A stretch of 64,000 nucleotides of DNA from Eledone cirrhosa. Taxonomy: Eukaryota. The stretch covers positions 23,374,001 through 23,438,000 of the forward strand of contig OZ024765.1 of NCBI GenBank assembly GCA_964016885.1. Reading direction: 5' to 3'. The position numbers were made by a program, and so were the translations under genes. Below, piece after piece: positions 40,301-53,072 of the stretch; position 1 is the first letter of the stretch; every line of letters starts with the position of its first letter. The notes beneath the pieces are model-generated. The model had not been told where the DNA came from, made no database searches, and saw only the letters and a list, made by a program, of their open reading frames with translations.

Positions 40301-40861
40301 ACAAAGTATCATGAAACTTGAAGCTCCTCAAAGGGCAATCACGAAAAAGATAGATGGCATGTCAGACCTTGACTACTGGGGTCGATTAGAAAACCTGAAA
40401 CTTTACTCACTCCAACGTCGCTGTGAGCGTTATATTATCTGCATGATGTGGAAAATGTTCCATCATCACTGCCCAAATGATGTTGGCATCGCCTTCAAGA
40501 TACACCCAAGGCTTGGGCCCCGTGCTATCCGTCCCATTCAAAAATCTAAATCGCAACTCATAACAACAATACGGCACAATTATTTCACCTCAATCGGCCC
40601 TGCTCTCTTCAACATCACACCAGGACACGTCAAAACAGAAACTGACCACACAAAATTCAAGAAGTCTTTGGACAAATTCCTCCAAGTAATCCCGGACAAA
40701 CCACCCACACCCGGATATGTCTCCGCAAACAGTAATTCTCTTCTCGAATGGGCCATGGTGCCCAAATCCTGAATTGAAAGACTTCGCCAGGTGGTGCTAT
40801 TAAGTTAGACATGGCCTGGGCCAATACTGGCCAAAACATTTCAAAGTTATTCAAAGTTATA
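37345..40861 (+). mobile_element. CR1-like LINE truncated within ORF1
   Basis: ORF1 3' end 37345-37764, intact ORF2, same 3' end as the other copies. Confidence 0.93.
37752..40772 (+). CDS. CR1-like ORF2, APE endonuclease + reverse transcriptase (intact; no AUG ahead of the EN domain)
   Basis: [39 protein letters not shown]; frame open from 37635. Confidence 0.92.
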   Translation: MLPLTNKQINNTPKQLKPSTLASTFLLNAQGISPSTNTQKWKIKFLEDWIDVHPNHIPFFVLTETHLSNLHLEAEVKVKNFKAIRADRAGRRKGGTAIYVHNSFSTEAMNIFTNGYCEAVTVFSQTNNLLVVGLYRPPQTPVPCFKECLNSIKCFIQECHPDNILMMGDFNLPGVDWSTNSLPPGSSASTPDREAVESLLDFMDDFFLSQLVLEPTRCHKNVLDLIFSNHTDNIHNIAVEKTLLSDHDMVLCDLRFHRPIYKPNVISPVHPFDAMDFHNANWEAISHDLAHVDWSFTHTHTPTNIKKSWQTFVDAVTNICAKHTPLRTINKSKSRIPRNRKTLIRKIKRTNKKINKLKYCQQQHINLTAISSLEIKKHNLQNNIMSLINNQRRAEEAWAIEKIKLNPKVFFSFAKKHKITGSTVGPLIDENGTLQDNAKTMGEILQKQYCSVFSNPDMADLGCIGDVTPHYTLSDITFGAPDVLAAIKEIKHNSAVGPDRFPACVLKACQHQLASPLANLWRNSLDAGYVPENLLSQSVVPVFKKGNKSLAVNYRPISLTSHIIKVFERVVRSRMTHFLESNNMLNSNQHGFRNGRDCLTQLLHHFDDILRALGEGSNTDVIYLDFSKAFDRVDHNILLRKLSNIGVTGKLLQWIKSFLSNRTQHVVVEGVKSSPAKVSSGVPQGTVLGPLLFIIYINDITDIIKHSNIKIFADDSKLQKVINGVDDRISLQSDLLAVTQRAEKNNMLLNEDKFELIHFGKEGALKLPYSLPSGETLVASNNIRDLGVTVDSNISWTTHISSKVDMARRMCSWILRTFQSRDSRTIILLFSTFARPHLEYCCPLWSPHTKQSIMKLEAPQRAITKKIDGMSDLDYWGRLENLKLYSLQRRCERYIICMMWKMFHHHCPNDVGIAFKIHPRLGPRAIRPIQKSKSQLITTIRHNYFTSIGPALFNITPGHVKTETDHTKFKKSLDKFLQVIPDKPPTPGYVSANSNSLLEWAMVPKS

Positions 40862-41146
40862 TAAGTATATGTATATGTATATATATATATGTATATGTAT
40901 ATATATGTATATGTATATATGTATATGTATATATATATATGTATATATATATATGTATATGTATATATATATATGTATATATATATGTATATATATATGT
41001 ATATGTATATGTATATATGTATATGTATATATATATATGTATATATATATATGTATATGTATATGTTTATATGTATATGTATATGTATATATGTATATAT
41101 ATATATGTATATGTATATATATATATGTATATGTATATATATATAT

Positions 41147-43649
41147 AACGGCAGACGAAGTCTGTGGCTGGAGCAGGCGTGTAGGCAGGAGGAGAGTAAC
41201 ATGGTGGTGGAACAGTAAGGTGGAGGGGTCAATTAAGGCCAAAAAGCAGGCTTGGAAAGCATGGCGGAATGGGGGAAGTAGAGAAGACTATCAAGTGGCC
41301 AGGAGGGAAGCTAGGAGACAAGTGTACTTCGCAAGAAGGGAAGCAGAGGAAAGAAAGTTCAAGCATGTTCTACAACGTGAGGACCAAAAACGTGAGGTGT
41401 TCAGGATTGCTAGGCAATGTGTCAAGGAAAACAGTGATATTGTCGGGGAGAAGTGTGTACTTAACGATGACGGCGTACTTGCCATCACCGACGCCGATAA
41501 GAAGGTAGCTTGGAAGTGTCACTATGAAAGGCTACTAAATGAGGAGAATAAATGGGAGAAAGACAATCTCCCCCACATAGAGGGACCAGCAGTGTTAGTC
41601 GAGGGTAGTATAATAAGTAAGGCAATCAAAGATATGAAGACAGGCAAGGCGGCTGGGCCTTCGGAAATAGTTGCTGAGATGCTGAAGGCATCTGGTACGG
41701 TGGGACACACCATGGTCACCCGGATAGTAAACCAAGTCATACAGAATGGGGTTGTTCCGAAGGACTGGCGTAGCAGCAGCATCGTTAACTGTTATAAGGG
41801 TAAAGCAGATGCCCTAGATAGGAGTAACTATAGAGGCATTAAATTAATCGACCAGGTCATGAAGGTCACGGAAAAAGTAATAGCGCAACTAATCAGAGAA
41901 CGAATTGATCTAGATGAAATGCAGTTTGGGTTTGTGTCAGGAAAAAGTACCACAGACGCTCTTTTCATTGTACGACAACTACAGGAGAAGTACCTGGCTA
42001 AAAGTAAACCCCTATACTTAGCTTTCGTCGACTTGGAGAAGGCCTTCGACAGAATCCCCCGTTCCATTATCTGGTGGGCTCTTAGAAAACTAGGTGTTGA
42101 TGAATGGCTTGTGAGAGCTATACAAGCCATGTATAAAGAAACAGTCAGCAAGGTTAGAATTAACAACGAATATAGTGAAGAGTTTAGTGTAAAAGTTGGT
42201 GTTCATCAGGGATCTGTTCTTAGCCCCCTACTATTTATTATTGCCCTCCAGGCTATAACAGTGGAGTTCAAGACCGGCTGCCCATGGGAACTCCTATACG
42301 CAGATGATCTAACGCTCATAGCTGAATCAATGGCCGAGCTAGAGAAGAAATTCCAAACATGGAAGCACGGCCTAGAATCAAAAGGCCTTAAAATTAACCT
42401 TGCTAAGACTAAAGTTCTAGTTTGTAAGAAAGAAAATAAGGCGGTGGTCCCCTCCGGGAAGTGGCCATGCGCAGAGTGTAGGAAAGGCGTAGGTAGAAAT
42501 TCCATTTTGTGCCCCAAATGCAAAGTTTGGGTGCATAAAAGATGTAGTGGTATCACAGGTAAGCTAACTAAGAACATAGATTTTACATGTGGCCGGTGTT
42601 CCGGCGCAATAAGTAGCAGCAAGTGCCCACAAAATACTGGCTCTTTCAGCTGCGCAGAGGGTTCTATAGAAATAGTGGACAGCTTCCGTTACCTGGGTGA
42701 CAAAATCAGCAGTGGGGGAGGGTGCTCTGAAAGTACAGTAGCTAGAGTCAGAACTGGGTGGAAAAAGTTCAGAGATCGTATACCACTATTAGCCGCTAAA
42801 GGGTTCTCCCTAAAAATGAAAGGCAGGTTGTACGATGCCTGCGTACGAACAGCAATGTTGCATGGCAGTGAGACCTGGGCATTGTGTGCAGAAGATATAC
42901 GCAGACTAGAGAGAAACGAAGCTTTCATGCTCCGCTGGATGTGTAATAGTAATATACGTGAACGACAAAGCATAAACGAACTAAGGAAAAAATTAGAAAT
43001 AAGAGGGATCAGATGTTGTCTACTCAAGAGAAGGCTACGTTGGTATGGTCACGTAATGCGCATGAAGGACGATAGCTGTATAACAAAGTGCAGGGCAATA
43101 AAGATAGATGGTAGCCACGGAATAGGCAGACCCAGAAAAACCTGGGATGAGCTGATAAACTCCGACCTCACACACTTACACCTCACCAAGACAATGTCAC
43201 TGGACCGAGACCTTTGGCGGTACCCAGTAATAGAGAAGACCCGCCTTACCTAAATACATAGTAAAACCTACTACAGCCAGTGGGCATCTCTAACAAAATA
43301 CACCCACGTGCCACCACCCACACCCCATCCACACCACCCCCTCCTAGGTAAAGTTATGTTGGTGCCACAACATCCAGGCCGAAACAAATGAGATCGTGTA
43401 AGTGTCACGACAAAAAAACACACAGTCCACGCTGTAATGTGGCCGTGTAGGCAACATGGTAAAAACCTCCCAGTCCCACACTGTAAATGTGGTTGGTGTT
43501 AGGAAGGGCATCCAACTGTAGAAAACCTGCCAGACAGTCCAATGCGAGCAAGACAATCACTCTTGCTTCAAGTGGGAATACCCCCGTCCAAACCCATGCA
43601 AGCGTGGAACACGGACGTTAAACGTTGATGATGATGATGATGATGATGA
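41147..43649 (+). mobile_element. RTE family A, 5'-truncated (RT open to 43253)
   Basis: High identity to 10990-13500. Confidence 0.94.
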
Positions 43650-43930
43650 TACTATTATATTTCCATGGTAAAGTCTTTACCTCACATAACATTTACATTA
43701 CTCTATATATACTATTGTATTTCCATGGTAATGTCTTTACCTCACATAACATTTACATTACTCTATATATACTATTATATTTCCATGGTAATGTCTTTAC
43801 CTCACATAACATTTACATTACTCTATATATACTATTATATTTCCATGGTAAAGTCTTTACCTCACATAACATTTACATTACTCTATATATACTATTATAT
43901 TTCCATGGTAATGTCTTTACCTCACATAAT
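43650..43930. repeat. 60-bp tandem repeat, about 4.7 copies
   Basis: ACTATTATATTTCCATGGTAAAGTCTTTACCTCACATAACATTTACATTACTCTATATAT; a single unit occurs at about 54930-54990. Confidence 0.95.
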
Positions 43931-44556
43931 ATCGAATGTATGAGGTTTTGATATTATTTATGTTGAGAACAAAACTTTAACATCAGTAAGAGTGGCCAGT
44001 TACAGCCAGTTTAAAAGAGAAAAAGGGGACAGAATTTTGGTCAGTTATGGCCAGTTGATGTTAAAGGGTTAAGCAACTTTCAGTGGATAATGTTCCAATT
44101 TCCTCTCTTTGGGATTAAATTTTGATTTTAATTAAAAATTTTTCTAAGTTGTTTTCAGACATTTTAAAAAATTGATGGAAGATGTGAAGTAGGAAGACCT
44201 GGGATGAGGTGATAATAGCTGACCTGACACAATTGATGAAGCTAGGAAGACCTAGTTTGAGGTGATAAAAGCTGACTTCACACAATTGCACTTCTCAAAG
44301 ATAATGACACAGGATATATACACACATTACTATATATACACCTAACATATCGAAGACCCCCCGTCAGTCACTAAGGACCATGTGATTTGCAACTAGACAG
44401 TTCCCCTCCAAGGCACAAGTCTGGTTGTTTGAGGAAGACCAGCAGTGACCCAAGTATAACAGTCTACCCTCTCCACGCCACCCATGTTGTCCAAGGGAAA
44501 GGTAATGGCTGATACAGCTTGGTACCAGTGACATCACTACATATATATACACTATA

Positions 44557-44886
44557 CCAGGTGTGTCAGAAAAGTTCCAGGACTGATGTCACAAAAGATT
44601 TATTTCAAACCCAAACTTCACACTAAGATGAGTCATGGATCTTCGAGTATGACCCGGAGGTGACCCGTTTTGAAGACATGGACGTCATCAAAAAGGCCGT
44701 GACGACGGAACTGCAGAGGGTCCCGGATTATCCCTCCAGGAGTGCATGCAAGCTTGGCAGAAAAGTATGGATAAGTGCATTAGATTCCAGGGGGATTACT
44801 TTCAAGGAGAAAACTCTTAGTGTGAAGTTTGGGTTTGAAATAAAACTTTTGTGACATCAGTCCTGGAACTTTTCTGACCCACCTCA
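44557..44886 (+). mobile_element. Internally deleted mariner element
   Basis: About 75-bp terminal inverted repeats, TA on both flanks, remnant TRFEDMDVIKKAVTTEL...KCIRFQGDYF of the transposase C-terminus. Confidence 0.85.
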
Positions 44887-45019
44887 TATATATATTATAT
44901 ATACACTGTCTACATTATATAGGTTAACTTTGCCTTTCATCCTTACGGGGTCGATAAAATAAAGTACCAGTAATATACTGGGTAATTTCTGGCCTTGTGC
45001 CAATAGTAGAAACAATTAT

Positions 45020-45845
45020 GTAGACATGCTAGAGTGAAAGGAAATTAACATATGCTGTGTGCAAGAGACTAGGTGGAGAGGAGTGTCCGCTAGAGGGCTT
45101 GTAGGCAAAAGTCAGTGTTATAAATTTTTCTGGGGGGTGTAGGTATACTATTAGCTGACAAATGAGTAGATAAGGTAATCTCAGTGAACAGGGTGAACGC
45201 AAGAATCATTAAACTCAGCCTAGTCCTGAATAAAACAATTGTTACAATCATATCAGCTTACACACCCCAATCAGGGTGCCAGATGAACTTATGAATAAGT
45301 ATTATGAGTCCTTAATGCACACTACTGCCATAACAAACAACAATGACTTCATAAACATTGCAGGGGATTTTAACCGTGACAGCTTCTATAAAGTCCATGG
45401 AGGTTACGGGTTTGGCACAAGAAATGAAGAAGGCTCTAGGCTTCTAGAATTCTGTGACGCCAATGACATGTCGATATGTATCACAAACTTCCCAAAACCC
45501 GACAACCATCTGATCACCTGTAGATCAGGGGAGCATTCTAGTCAGATAGATTTTATCCTTATCAGAGGACAAGATAGATGGACAGTTGTAAACACAAAAG
45601 CCTTCCTTGTGAGGAATGTACCCCCCAACATAGCTTAGTTGTCAGTGACCTCATTGTCAGAACTAGAAGAACTTGGAAACAGAAGGCAACCTGGAGAAGA
45701 AAGATCTGGAAGCTGAAAGATCCCGCAGCCAGTTACTCGATGCCTATGACAGTAAAGAAGTAAAGAAAAACAGATAGAGACATTCAATGTAGAAGAGCAC
45801 TGGGAGTTTCTAAAAAATAACTTAATAAAGGTGACGGACAACACT
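45020..45845 (+). pseudogene. Decayed RTE-B-like endonuclease region
   Basis: CVQETRWRG, GDFN and QIDFIL remnants with stops and frameshifts. Confidence 0.85.
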
Positions 45846-45974
45846 TATGGTTGTAAGCAATGGCCGATACAGCTTGGCACCAGTGACATGACAACATACA
45901 TATACACTATGTACAGTATATATACACTAAATATATATTATATATACATTGTGTACAGTATATATATGTCCAAC

Positions 45975-46152
45975 AGAAAGGCTATGGCCGATACAGCTTG
46001 GCACTAGTGACATCACAACTCATTTCTACAACTGAGTAAACTGGAGCAACGTGAAATAGAGTGTCTTGCACAAGGACACAACACATCACACGGTCCGAGA
46101 ATCGAACTCACCACCTTTTAATTGTAAGCCCAATGCTCTAACCACTAAGCCA
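45975..46152 (-). mobile_element. tRNA-derived SINE head and body; related body fragments at about 44350-44540 and 56448-56635
   Basis: CATGGCTTAGTGGTTAGAGCATTGG A box and GAGTTCGATTC B box on the minus strand; same head as 25022. Confidence 0.8.
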
Positions 46153-46489
46153 TGATACGTTCCAGAACCAACCGTGATATAGAAGAGACCATAAAGACAA
46201 CCGTTGTTTCAATAGTTTCAGCCTTAAAATACCTCTCCTACATGCTTTAAGTACATATAAACTCAGTAAAACACACTTTTGTATTTAAACACCAAAAACA
46301 GCCAGTAACGATCGTATAGAAACTACCACCAACCATCGTACCACTAGTTACCAATGAGGACCATTGCCAGCCACGGTAGCCACTTGGTAATACACTGCAC
46401 ATCTCCCGTCAATCTATGAAAGGTTTGTAGTAGATTAGAGCAAAACACAATCAGTAAAACAGTAATGGAATGAAAAATATAAACATTTG

Positions 46490-46741
46490 TTCATAATTAA
46501 AGCCTTAAGGTGTCCCTTCCTTACGATATACACTTTAATAACATTGAAACTTATTTAATAAGTTTAAAATTTAAACGCTTTTTATTCAGACGTACCGCGA
46601 TAAGAAACTAGATATGTTCTAACGAATAATCCGCGATGTGGCGAGGATTACCGCGATAGGAAATTAGATATGTTCCAAAGGCATATCCGCGATGTAACGG
46701 GACGGCGAAAAGTGAACCGCGATATAGCGGGGGATTACTGT
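46490..46741. mobile_element. pogo/Tigger-like DNA transposon end; paralog at about 57674-57924
   Basis: Terminus CAGTAATCCCCCGCTATATCGCGG (minus strand) next to TA; repeated CCGCGAT subterminal motifs. Confidence 0.55.
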
Positions 46742-46885
46742 ATATATACACACACAACATACATCTATCTATATACACTCATAACATTTATTTCGATGTT
46801 TGACATTAAAATGTTGACTGAGGGTGACAACTGTTTCTTGTGTGAGGTTGTTCCAGTTGTTGAAATATAGACGGAGGTATTTTAA

Positions 46886-47076
46886 ATAATTGTTTCTACA
46901 TTAGGCACAAGGCCAGCAATTACCCAGTGCATTACTGGTACTTTATTTTATCGACCCTGTAAGGATGAAAGGCAAAGTTAACCTCGGCGGGATTTGAACT
47001 CAGAATGGCAAGGGCCGTAACTCTATACATCAAAGCATGGCGTCCGACCCTCTACCCACACTGCCAATCCACTGCC
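46886..47076 (-). mobile_element. Second SINE family copy; fragment also at about 44921-45017 (+)
   Basis: B box GAGTTCAAATC, body CTTTGCCTTTCATCC...GGTCGATAAAATAAAGTACCAG shared by the two loci. Confidence 0.7.
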
Positions 47077-47636
47077 TTTTAGGTATTTTAAATAATAAAG
47101 AGTCATGATAACAATATATTTTATATCACGTGTAACAGTGGAATCTGGTTAATTACTGGATCGTTGTAGGGTTCACATAATTATATTATTTACACACATT
47201 AATATAGACATTAAGTAAATCTTTGTCAACTTACCTCCTTCACATATAATCAATGTGTTGTGTTGTTAGTTGTTAGTAAACAACCAAAGAAATAATCTCT
47301 TTTTTATCAAATTAGAAGTTTCAAAGATGTTATCAGCTTTATTTCACGACATTAACGTTGGTGTATCTTCTTCATCTTTAGTCATAAATTGATATCTTGT
47401 CAGAATGAAGTAGTGAGGCTGACTTTATGTCTTTAGCTACGGATTTGATAGGAAATATATATATATTAGGTTGATATGTGGTCTAAAATATATATATTGT
47501 CTATAAATGACTGATAGCAGATGTTCTGGTGAAATAGTAGTTTTACTACTACAGATTGTAATGGAACTCTTAGTAGACACAATTGTAAAGTAAGAATAGA
47601 TATGACAGTGTAAGACTGATGTCGGGGAAAGAAAAT

Positions 47637-47668
<32 letters not shown>

Positions 47669-48000
47669 ATGGTTACACAAGATACAATTAGATTAATTAA
47701 AGTTATAATGAAGGCAGCAAGTACTCGGTGTTGTTGGAAATGTTTCATCTCTCTTACCGGTGTCATACGTTAAAAGTCCCTGAAATAATTTAATATCTTC
47801 AGACACAGTTCCAATCGTTTTCAATTAATTGTAAATCAGAAAGATTGTGAGTTCAATTCTCGGACCGTATGGGCAAAACAGGGTCAGCCGACCGGACACT
47901 GCCCACAACAAGACAACCCATCTAACCCATGCTAGCGTGGAAGAACTGACGTAAAACGGTGATGATGATGATATATAAACGTGAATATTCATATATTATA

Positions 48001-49441
48001 CATCATCAAAGTTTAAGTTCCATTTTACAAGCTAGCATGGGTCGGACGAGTTGTCCTGTTGTGTGAAAACTTAGATCAAATGACCATGTCTGGCTCATGC
48101 AAGAAACATTTCTGGCTTGATTTCTACGGCTGGATGCCCTTCCTAACTCTAACCACATTTACAGGGGGGGACTTGGCATTTATTGTTGTGTTGCTAACAT
48201 AACCAACCTGCAGGGTGGACTGGGTGCTTTTCGTTGTCTCACCATCACGACCACCACCTAACAGAGCAGACAGGGTGCTCTTTGTCATGTCACAATTTGA
48301 CTACATTGAAGGGTGCTTCGGGTCCCTTCAATCTTTCCACTAGCATGACCACTTTACAGAGTGGGCTAGGGGCCTCCTGTCATGTCTAACTCACAGGGTG
48401 AACTGGGTGCTTAGTTGTCATGTCACCAGCATGACTACCTTGCAGGGAGGGTTAGGTGCTCTTTTGTCATATTACCTAACAGAGAGAACTCGGTACTCTT
48501 TTGTCATGACACCTGCATGACCACCTTACAGGGTTGCCTGAGGGTTTAGCCATTTCAGCAGCATTGGAGGAGAGCATGTTAAGCTTTCCATACTTGTATA
48601 CATGGGTTGGTCAAGAGAGGTGTATCAGATGTGAAAGTGGGGGTGGGGTTGTGGGGATTGGAGAGTTAGGTCAGGGTGGTGTACTTAGCTGGTAAGGGGG
48701 TGGAGTGTTAAGATGTGGGGAGGGGGAAAATTGGAGCATACTTCAAACCACTAAATGTTGCGTCAACCTGTGTACATGGGAACACCTGAGATTTCAATCC
48801 TGTGTCATCACCTTTGAGAGGTACAATGGTGTCAGGTCAGTTTTTACCTCCACATCCCAAGCTTTCCTAGGTCTTCCTCTTCCATCAATTTCAAGCAGTC
48901 AACCTTTTATACAGCATCTGTACCTTCATACACATCACATGTCCATACCACAGCAATCTACTCTCCTGCATACTGTATCTTATCCCTCTCATGCCCAGGT
49001 TCTCTATCTGTTTATTTACACTTGTTCTTTATGTATATAATATTACACATCCATCGGAGAATTCAAGCTTCATTTCTATCCAATCTTCGGAGGTCCTCTG
49101 CACACACCGCCCACATCTCACTGCAATGCAGCATTGCTGTTCATATGCACACATCAATTTGATGAAACAACCTTTTGTAGCTAGCAGCAGTGTTAGCACC
49201 CTAAACCTTTGCCATCTTGTTCTTACTCTGGTTACTGTACTTTCAGAACACCTACCTCCACTGCTAATTTGGTCACCCAGGTAACAGAAACTGTCAACTG
49301 TTTCTATGGAACCCTTTTAATATTTGAGAGCTTGTCTCCTAAAAGCGATTGGTTCTTACTGCTAGAATGCAATGACCCCATGTAAAACCTACAGTTCTTA
49401 GTTAACTCACCTTGTATCTCACTAAATCTCTTGTGGACCCA
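48001..49441 (-). mobile_element. Old decayed RTE 3' half; similar relics at about 50450-51062 (+) and 54250-54715
   Basis: Remnants of [16 protein letters not shown] and the AGGAAGGGCATCCAG 3' UTR motif. Confidence 0.75.
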
Positions 49442-49449
49442 TAGTCTCT

Positions 49450-50438
49450 TTGGAGTAAATAATGTTTCATACACATAACATGTGTATGAAACATAAGTAA
49501 CTATGTCTTAAATACAACACTGCTTGTAGATTTCTAACACTCTTGCAGTAGCTTTACGTTCAGCATCTTGCGATCGTCTAATTGCAGCCTCCACTGACGA
49601 TTCCTTTCCTTTTCCCTCTCTCAGCTTTCACCGTTTTTCGACCAATGGTGGATCTCTTCCTTGGAGGCCTTATCTAAGGAAAGAGGACGTAAGACACTAA
49701 GATGAGTAAAATATTAACCAACAATTATTTAAGTTTTGCACATGTGATATGATTGTCACAGTGATCCAGAGACAGCCTTCGTCCACCTAGGGGCCACATT
49801 AGACAAAATATGGAAAATTTTATGAGTCAACAACACTTCTGGGAACATAACCCATGTTTGTTCCAAATTTAAAGAGAATCGGTTGCAAACTGTTGAAGTA
49901 ACGTAGGTACGGACATACACACACACACATCCTCAGTTTTATATGTATATATATATGGATGTATGTTTGTGTGTGTGTGTATGTGGACATTGTAACTTGC
50001 CCAGACACACACAACACAACACACACAGTCACAGTACGTCTTGTGTGAAAGAGAGAGAGGGAATGGAGAACAATCAAGAACACACATTGTCGTCTGCTTT
50101 GGTTGAAATTTCTTTATGTATATTTCTAGTAAGTTGTTGCCTCGTTTTGGAGGACTGAGTTGTGGGAGGAGGAAGGGTAGTAGTGGGAGAGAGGGTTTAA
50201 CATACAGTAGTAGCATCTCCTCTTCCCCCTCTCTCACTGAAACGTCTTCTCTTTCCTCCTCCATTGTAAAGATGTCCACAGGGATTCCATTTATTGAAAT
50301 CTAATTAGCCAGTCCTGTTTCTGAATATTAGCTTAACATGTGTGTAAAGTTTCATCAGGATCTGATCACTGGTGTAGGCGCCAACTGGTTATACACAGAT
50401 ACACAGACAGACAGAAATTGACATTTATATAGTAGATT
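49450..50438 (+). mobile_element. Possible Helentron/HINE-type non-autonomous rolling-circle element remnants
   Basis: GTGTGTAAAGTTTCATCAGGATCTG, (CAGA)n and TTTATATAGTAGAT end resemble DINE/HINE 3' ends; recognised by pattern only. Confidence 0.4.
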
Positions 50439-51629
50439 ATACACACATAGAAGTGGTTGATAGCTTTTACAATCTAGTTGACTTAATTAACAGTGGAGGA
50501 GGCTGCTCTGAAAGATGAATAGCTAGAATAAGGATAGTATGGAAAAAGTTTAGAGAGCTACTGCAACAGTTGACCACAAAAGGTTTCTCTCTCTGTACAT
50601 AAGGACGACTGTATGACACATGTCGGTGATGTGCAATGATGTAATGTAACTAAACAAGGGCTGTGACTGCAGAGGTTATGTAGACTGAAGAGAAATGAAA
50701 CAACCATGTTTTGTAGGATATGTTATGTAAGTGTGAGAGAAAGGGAGAGCTTGGACAAGTTCAAGAAGAAGCTGGGTTTAAGAGTGATCTGAAGTGGTGT
50801 GTAAAGACTGTGTTTGTATGGACATGGGATGCACATGGATAATGACCACTGGGTGAAGGAGTGCCAGGAAATCCCAGTAGAAGGAAGCCATAGTAGAGGT
50901 AGACCAAGAAAGACCTGGACAGAGGCTGTGTGAACTGACTTCAAATAACTGACTCTCACAGAGGAGATGACAAAGGAACACAACAAGTTGAAAGATGCCA
51001 TGTTGAGAAGGACCTTTCCAACCAAGCAAGCATGGAAAAACGGACATAAAAACAGTGATGACGTACATATACACACATACATACACAGATATGCACATAC
51101 TTATATATAAACATATACATGGACACAAATTTCTACACACATACATTCACATATATATATAGCGTATGTAAATTCTGAACGATACAGTTTTGTCAGCACA
51201 AGTCTTGGTTACAACTTCTACAAATAAAATGAAAGGAGAAGAATTTATTAGTAAAACAGTTTTATTCAAAATATTAACAAAATTGATGGCACTATTTTGG
51301 GTGAGTGACATCGTTTTTATCTTGTCTGATTGTGTTGCATTAAGTAATCTTTACAAAAGAAGGATTTATCACAGACATCATAGTGATATAGTTCCTCTCC
51401 TGTATATGTTAGTGTCTAATTAAACCACAACATTTAGAGAATGATTTATCACAGACATCACAGTGATGTAGTCCCTCTCCTGTAGATGTTAGTGTCTAGT
51501 GAAGCCACAACATTTAGAGAATGATGTACCAAATATATCAAAGTGATATGGCTTCCCAGCTGTATGTATATGTTTGTGTGTAGTTAATGTAACATTCAAA
51601 GAGAATGATATATCACTGATGTCAATGCA

Positions 51630-53072
51630 TTATGATTTCTCTTCTGCGTGTATAAATTTGTGAATAGTCAGGCTACTTTTGCCAGAGAATGATATACCAC
51701 AGATATCACAGTGATATGGCTTATCTCCTGCATGTGTACGTATATGTCTAGTTAAGAGACTAATTTGATAGAATGATTTATCACAGATATCACAGTGATA
51801 TGGCTTGTCTCCTGTATGTATACGTTTGTGGCTAGTTAAGGTACAACTTTCAGAGAATGATTTACCACAGATATCACAGTGGTATGGCTTCTCTCCTGTA
51901 TGTGTACGTTTATGTGTAGTTAGGTTACTACTTACAGAGAATGATTTACCACAGATATCACAGTGGTATGGCTTGTCTCCTGTATGTATACGTTTATGTG
52001 TAGTTAAGTGACTACTTCTAGAGAATGATATACCACAAATATCACAGTGATATGGCTTGTCTCCTGTATGTATACGTTTGTGGCTAGTTAAGGTACTACT
52101 TTCAGAGAATGACTTACCACAGATCTCACAGTGATATGGCTTGTCCCCTGTATGTATACGTTTATGCTTAGTTAAGCTACCACTTTGAGAGAATGCCATA
52201 CCACAGATATCACAGTGATATGGCTTGTCTCTTGTATGTATACCTTTGTGGCTAGTTAAGGTACTACTTTCAGAGAATGATATACGACAAGTATCACAGT
52301 GATATGGCTTGTCTCCTGTATGAGTACGTTTGTGGCTTGTTAAGTTACCACTTTGAGAGAATGATATACCACAGATATCACAGTGATATGGCCTCTCTCC
52401 TGTATGGGTACGTTTGTGAGTAGTTAACTGACAACTAACAGAGAATGATATACCACAGATATCACAGTGATATGGCCTCTCTCCTGTATGGGTACGTTTG
52501 TGAGTAGTTAAATGACAACTAATAGAGAATGATTTATCACAGATATCGCAGTAATATGGTTTCTCTCCTGTATGGGTTCGTTTGTGAGAAGTTAAGGTAC
52601 TACTTTGAGAGAATGATTTACCACAGATATCACAGTGAAATGGTTTCTCACCTGTATGGGTTCGTTTGTGAGAAGTTAAGGTACTATTATCAGAGAATGA
52701 TTTACTACAGATATCACAGTGATGTGGCTTATCTCCTGCATGTATACGCTTGTGAGTAGTTAAGGTACTACGATTATGGAATGATTTACCACAGATATCA
52801 CAGTGATGTGGCTTATCTCCTGCATGTATACGCTTGTGAGTAGTTAAGGTACTACGATTATGGAATGATTTACCACAGATATCACAGTGATGTGGCTTAT
52901 CTCCTGCATGTATATGCTTGTGAGTAGTTAAGGTACTATGTTTATTGAATGATTTACCACAGATATCACAGTGATATGGCTTTTCTTCTCTAACCTTCGT
53001 CATTTCACCAGGAATACTAAACACTTTAGATTGTGTTTCCCATTTAATCTCCTTTGTCAATTTATTTTCCAT
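51630..53072 (-). CDS. Tandem C2H2 zinc-finger protein, 16 fingers (480 aa from the first ATG)
   Basis: 16 x CxxC-x12-HxxxH, mostly with TGEKPY/TGDKPY-type linkers; candidate splice acceptor TTTCTTATTTCAG at about 53422. Confidence 0.93.
   Translation of the reverse strand: MENKLTKEIKWETQSKVFSIPGEMTKVREEKPYHCDICGKSFNKHSTLTTHKHIHAGDKPHHCDICGKSFHNRSTLTTHKRIHAGDKPHHCDICGKSFHNRSTLTTHKRIHAGDKPHHCDICSKSFSDNSTLTSHKRTHTGEKPFHCDICGKSFSQSSTLTSHKRTHTGEKPYYCDICDKSFSISCHLTTHKRTHTGERPYHCDICGISFSVSCQLTTHKRTHTGERPYHCDICGISFSQSGNLTSHKRTHTGDKPYHCDTCRISFSESSTLTSHKGIHTRDKPYHCDICGMAFSQSGSLTKHKRIHTGDKPYHCEICGKSFSESSTLTSHKRIHTGDKPYHCDICGISFSRSSHLTTHKRIHTGDKPYHCDICGKSFSVSSNLTTHKRTHTGEKPYHCDICGKSFSESCTLTSHKRIHTGDKPYHCDICDKSFYQISLLTRHIRTHAGDKPYHCDICGISFSGKSSLTIHKFIHAEEKS

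Noticed and set aside
47230-47790. Possible exon of another gene (splice-like signals on the minus strand)
   Set aside because: No recognisable coding content; cannot be supported without RNA data.
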